This document shows, in pieces, positions 61,201 to 64,000 of a stretch of DNA of 64,000 bases; the stretch's first letter is position 1; each line of letters starts with the position of its first letter. Where the stretch lies: the IMG/VR virus record IMGVR_UViG_3300031555_007106; one strand, 5' to 3'. A program made the position numbers and the translations under genes. The notes under the pieces were generated by a model. It saw only the letters and a list, made by a program, of their open reading frames with translations. It had not been told where the DNA came from and did no database searches. This stretch comes from a virus. Lineage: Duplodnaviria > Heunggongvirae > Uroviricota > Caudoviricetes.

Positions 61201-63336
61201 TACACCGATAGTAACGTTACTACTGCTAGGTGTATCACCATTAAATGCATCAATAGACATACAAGTTGCATTTAAAATGACACCTAAATTTTTATCCACC
61301 ATATGATTTCTCAAATGATTGGTATCGCTGCCTATGTATACACTTTTATTTCCATCTGTTACAAAAACAATATTTTTAAGTACTCCCTTTTCTCCTATTG
61401 AACCAAACGGAGCAACAGCTTTATCGGGATTCCAATATAACACATGGTTATCAAAATCAATTGTACCTAACAAACCTGTTTCTGTATTATTTAAAATCAT
61501 AGGAAATAAGCTATCTGCATTACCCTCGATTTTTATATCTGTATTAACAATAAAATACTTATTTTTAAACGTAGGATTGTCATTGGTATTGTTTTCAGCA
61601 ATATTATCTTGATTTTGCAAGCTTAAATTAAGATTTAAATTAGGAATCCATGCCATTTCAGGTGAAAGGTTAGTATCAAAACCATAAGATGTACTATAGC
61701 CCACATATTTTAAATTATCGTTGATAGCAGAATAGTCGTACTCTGAACCCTGTGAGTCAACGAATGCTGTTGTTAGGTCAGATAACATAATACTTTCAAC
61801 AGAAATAAGGTCATACGCCTTTATCTGCAAACTTTGCGTTTCAAAAGAAAAACTCTTTTTGTATTTAGTCTGTGTAGAAACGTTGCTGCTATACATATTA
61901 ACAGTAGGAGCTATTAATAAGCTGCCGTCATTTGTTAAACTTATATCCGCAGAAAGATTTCTTAAATAATAATAAGAACCTAAACTCCACGGCCAAGAGC
62001 AAGTATAAGTCGTAGCAGTTCCATCGCTTAAAACTTCAGAAACATAAATATAAAATGTGTTGGCTGTAGCTCTGTAACTAAACGTATAGTTGCTTGTTAA
62101 AGAGGCTGCTGCATCAGAAGTCAATACCGTTGTATAAAATTCTTCATCATAAATATATTCTTCAGAAGAATTCTTATCCTGCCAAACCATATAATAAGAA
62201 GTGTTATTAGCTGGTTTTAAGGTCGTTGCATCAAATTCTACTGTTCCTAACGATGTAGCAGATGATAATGTTCCGTAATTCCATTTAGAAACTGAACTAT
62301 CAGCAAGAGAAAATTTTAATGTGTCACTTTCTGTTAAATATTTAAGCTGAGGTATTGCTGCAACAGACAAATATTCATTTTTGGCAGGCAACCAAAACGC
62401 ATCATAATTGTCATTATTTATTTCAATAACATCAGAATTATTACTTACACTTGTAGCAGTTACCGATGGGAATTCAACACCGAAATCGTCAAAGGTTCCG
62501 ATAGGATATGTTACATTTCCTGTTCCGTTAGGTCCTTCACCATAAGAATTTGAATATTCTTGGTCAGCAACCAAATACACAGTTTGTTGGTCTATATTAG
62601 CTGTTATAGATATATCAAAATTTATATCAGATAAAGTTATTGCATCGTTGTGTTTATAACGATGATAGCTCATATAAGCGTCAAATTCATTCTGAGTAAC
62701 AAATTCTGTTTTATCAGTATAACCTTCAAACAAAGATTCGGTTCCATCGTGCAGAAAACACTGCTCTTCCATCCACCCTGTTATATCAACTGGATATATT
62801 ACTCCGTTTACGCTTATATTGGCTGTTACTTTAGTAATATAATACCAATCATACGTCTTGTCTGTTGTCTGGATGTGTTTTGGAGAATTTTCACTCTCAA
62901 TGTTTATAGATTCCAGTTTAACAACAGGATTAATAGAATAATTATATCCTTTAGAGCTGTAGCACAAATCGTTTTTATAAAATGCTGTGTATGAACCACT
63001 TTTAGCTAAATCAATATTTGATGCATAAGTTATATTTCTTAAAGGGGTTCCAGCTTCAGTAATTTTACCTACTGGAGTTACCTGAGATAATCCCATAAGA
63101 GCTTCGGCACTATCAATTACATACGGGTCTTCCTCTGTTCCGGCATACTTATTAAGCCATGAGGTGTCATATGTGCCATCCCATTCATCAAAATTGACAT
63201 TACTTGTATCATATCCATTCCACTCTACCAATTCAGTAGAGCTACCCTCTGCAAGAGAGGGTAACTCAAAGAGAGGTAAGGCGGAAGCTGTGAGACAGAA
63301 AGATAAAACTCCTGAAATCACTCTCTTAAATGTCAT
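55261..63336 (-). CDS. giant secreted/cell-surface protein (2691 aa) with Ig-like DUF5018-type repeats and C-terminal anchor
   Basis: signal peptide; GTEEDPYVI motif; beta-helix-like middle; ~10 repeats of F.I..Y.G.ID...ITV.LP...V.YTVTAED; D/E tail; PVPTG + hydrophobic helix + basic tail. Confidence 0.85.
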   Translation of the reverse strand: MTFKRVISGVLSFCLTASALPLFELPSLAEGSSTELVEWNGYDTSNVNFDEWDGTYDTSWLNKYAGTEEDPYVIDSAEALMGLSQVTPVGKITEAGTPLRNITYASNIDLAKSGSYTAFYKNDLCYSSKGYNYSINPVVKLESINIESENSPKHIQTTDKTYDWYYITKVTANISVNGVIYPVDITGWMEEQCFLHDGTESLFEGYTDKTEFVTQNEFDAYMSYHRYKHNDAITLSDINFDISITANIDQQTVYLVADQEYSNSYGEGPNGTGNVTYPIGTFDDFGVEFPSVTATSVSNNSDVIEINNDNYDAFWLPAKNEYLSVAAIPQLKYLTESDTLKFSLADSSVSKWNYGTLSSATSLGTVEFDATTLKPANNTSYYMVWQDKNSSEEYIYDEEFYTTVLTSDAAASLTSNYTFSYRATANTFYIYVSEVLSDGTATTYTCSWPWSLGSYYYLRNLSADISLTNDGSLLIAPTVNMYSSNVSTQTKYKKSFSFETQSLQIKAYDLISVESIMLSDLTTAFVDSQGSEYDYSAINDNLKYVGYSTSYGFDTNLSPEMAWIPNLNLNLSLQNQDNIAENNTNDNPTFKNKYFIVNTDIKIEGNADSLFPMILNNTETGLLGTIDFDNHVLYWNPDKAVAPFGSIGEKGVLKNIVFVTDGNKSVYIGSDTNHLRNHMVDKNLGVILNATCMSIDAFNGDTPSSSNVTIGVASVNMGRMYDLTLIHTGACCINAGIISGVNVIVEDYSETNQTYSNDYFIGHYTTGYIEDVTVVAENGQSNVFLGVTYGGSGTFKNINYLNYTFTGTSANYMFYNYAGTIEDSTFELYMPNMRGSTYYMLYLYSNQYSSSYFNAMVLDNCNVYVSINTQFSLGYTYNSDAVWGLTILNSNIHLQLARTAGNTTYGLTAQYVSDSTITINVEDGNEPMWVNAHNTTINLSKYNSAYVGSLGELSNCTVNIGESYCYAMGNRVRDTVINIEKLEYNYTNGWSTYYFQPAGYLTYGIGNYWENVDYIVKEATGGSAAFSMINADNCRWSINYTGELKPLSPAITQSENRHFTNNEVYLTFDESCKGNIGNLGYFDSAVLKNNLFYIDSMPDNLFFGQGDVNTNGFLFAADDCTTIDGFTLIAPKLNIKTKCNQSQNSYYGSCADISLFDANRFNMPASNIYIYSNIYVPSDLSVNNIAAFYPETCESLLGSGLRDAYIEMNVFDLETKQPAEIATSAMYHYTGNAGILYMYNVAFRSNSLSPYSGLLTTQASCVADMYDSGRNGNIAFKNCYLDLYNLDLINLSEIDETSEGSQGGFLNVADLAYLFGEASNYSSEYVTGAALLTTWYKLSPNNVNYINCFVPTNQGATALTLSNTEYDIYDIAYNWEDIKTAWSNGDTSNELAEWAVHNYKVTSNYTYDYKSKLLKNDTTVEDLKKLATGVAYTNNEAIKTGELAYQLDNGASGDKRSYAWTVMEENVSLKNSITNEILWEIPATLTIADMYLPKRCVDGYYNLSPVFKTTVNDAEGGELEIAGIGGTATTDGSIYIKADEHPVTSVTTDSDEIMLIYALQKLGASRESVIPSTPLTRTFALRNTTGSYDISGYVQQSIDTVITPVFKTARYITVDIENDEHGTITPSVYVSAEGEKVTFVQNVEDGYIVSDIRVNGELVAGNMFYMPDENVTITGECIPFEGGITDFVLFGIPGEIDQTNKTIEITVPKSTYVSNALPEILYVGDYITPGVTARQDFTKPVEYTVTYGDNQTVTYIVTVHQSAYTMRIYDYVINGVHGNINQATKTITVTLPENTDLLSLKPDDIAYSAESITPTVEDELNFLVDQVYTLYTTDMTPVSYVVKVDTVDSDTAVINEFKMSGIYGHIDDDSNVITLNVPKSMDLTSIVPDNIDFTGKRITPSKINSVDLTDENTAYTVESQSTFARTYNFIINRIADDEAHIDKLVIAGIEGVINQDELTITFDVPFGTNLTGITPDEIIYTGKAIYPADDMEQDFTLPVQYTVVAGDNTEVTYDIIVNRLSNKANLIKFAILGFEGVINQDEKTVEVTIPYGIDITDTPPSELEISPNATVAPTILDNQNFTQPVVYTVTSQDKTVTNDYTVNVVIDYPDTTATIYEFYIDEYEAEIDQNNGIITVTLPYDYPQNTLKNKIPTIVWGGETLLPDENEAQDFTNIVKYTVTAEDVLITKDYNVVIKYKDSPYTPSKDAEITEFKIDEYEGEIDSDKGAITVTLPYDYPEEELKDKVPEIKWIGRDITPDDDKPQNFTGPVSYTVTAEDPSVSKEYDIIIKYEDKPTVPSVPEKDKEAKITEFKIDEYEGKIDDEKGIITVTLPYDYPKEELENKIPEIKWVGEDITPNEDAPQDFTKPVEYTVTAEDPSIKKSYDIVVEYEKPDTDAKIIEFYIDSYKGEIDQDKGIITVIIPYDYPDSELENKAPSIIWVGKDITPDEDEVQDFTEDVKYTVTAQDPSVKKEYDIVVKHADKPVAPVIPSIPSTPEKDKEAKIIEFYIDEHKAEIDQDKGIITITLPSDYPVEELKNKVPEIIWVGEDIDPDEDEAQDFTKSLEYTVTAEDPSIKKTYDIIVEFAPEQTPDVEETPDEDVPADEDDETPVEDNEDDEEDKDDEEEEDKDDNTPDEDDNIPDDDDNDEEEEEEDEDSPVPTGVVLNLIPLAVSAITVVITGRTGKKNKDGDR
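55600..57100 (-). repeat. intragenic ~270-300 bp tandem domain repeats
   Basis: recurrent GGGTCTTCTGCTGTTAC-like units encoding YTVTAEDPS repeats. Confidence 0.7.
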
Positions 63337-63348
63337 AAAAGCCTCCTA

Positions 63349-64000
63349 TTATTCCTGAATTACTGTTACTGTATAAACTACACTTGAGCCATCATATGCG
63401 TTTACAACGTATTCAACAGTTTGTGTGAAGTTTCTCTTAATATAGATATCTTCAATATTTTTAGCCGTAAATGTTACAACATCAGGTGCAATATTGCGAA
63501 TATCGTATTTAGATGGTAAAGTAACTGTAATCGTCTTATTTGTTTCATCAATTACGCCTTCTTTGCCATAGAGCGAAAATTGATGTATTTGTTTCATTGA
63601 GGACGGCGCCTCAAGTGCTAAAATACTGTAAGTCTGAGTTTCACCGTTATCAGCCTTTATTGTGAGATAATTACACTTTGTAAGATTGAGTACATCTCCA
63701 ACTTTTAAATTGGTGGCCATACCATACCATTCATAATCTGTAACAACGCAAGCTGATACATCTGTCCCATAAGGAACTAACACTCTAATAGTCTTTGTAT
63801 CTTCGTCGATATTCCAAATTACATTAGATGTGCCGGGAATTTCAATTACAAATTCTTGTAATGCCGTCTCATCAGCAGGAATTGTAACTGTTACAATGTA
63901 AGTTTTTGTTGAACCTTCTGAACTTGTAACGATATATGTTTCAGTCAAATCAGATAAATCGACAATCCCATTAGGAGTAATAGACGAACCACTCCATGCA
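63349..64000 (-). CDS. 3' end of an upstream protein with the same Ig-like repeats (truncated by window edge)
   Basis: ORF 63349..63948 continues to the edge; GVIDETNKTITVTLP...YTVTV repeat. Confidence 0.7.
   Translation of the reverse strand, partial: AWSGSSITPNGIVDLSDLTETYIVTSSEGSTKTYIVTVTIPADETALQEFVIEIPGTSNVIWNIDEDTKTIRVLVPYGTDVSACVVTDYEWYGMATNLKVGDVLNLTKCNYLTIKADNGETQTYSILALEAPSSMKQIHQFSLYGKEGVIDETNKTITVTLPSKYDIRNIAPDVVTFTAKNIEDIYIKRNFTQTVEYVVNAYDGSSVVYTVTVIQE

Noticed and set aside
1..64000. cas genes, TnpB/IscB, tRNA, rRNA, integrase or IS transposase
   Set aside because: No RuvC, HEPN, Cas1/Cas2 or cloverleaf signatures recognised. The only nucleases seen are a small HNH and an Rpn-type PD-(D/E)XK protein.

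Overview
AT-rich window in which essentially all real genes lie on the minus strand. Gene content (Lar-like and YopX-like Zn-finger ORFs, dUTPase, DnaG core, FtsH, macro, NADAR, HD, HNH, ASCH, Rpn nuclease, a 2691-aa surface protein) suggests the accessory region of a very large Clostridia-type phage or extrachromosomal element. No capsid, terminase, integrase or cas gene is recognisable. The standout feature is at 10.75-13.4 kb: three Cas-less CRISPR mini-arrays (36-nt repeat GCTTTACTATAGTGTAAATTCATACACCTCTAAAGC, 30-nt spacers). Each is fused through a 10-11 nt linker to a near full-length anti-repeat and a conserved structured non-coding segment (159, ~450 and ~365 nt) showing compensatory changes, i.e. 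natural single-guide-like cassettes with no effector in view. The window also has a 9-copy terminator/promoter/leader cassette, a second promoter class on the CRISPR cassettes, and three proteins with RNA polymerase alpha-CTD-like domains (two fused to sigma region-4-like HTHs). Protein assignments come from motif recognition by eye, not database searches.
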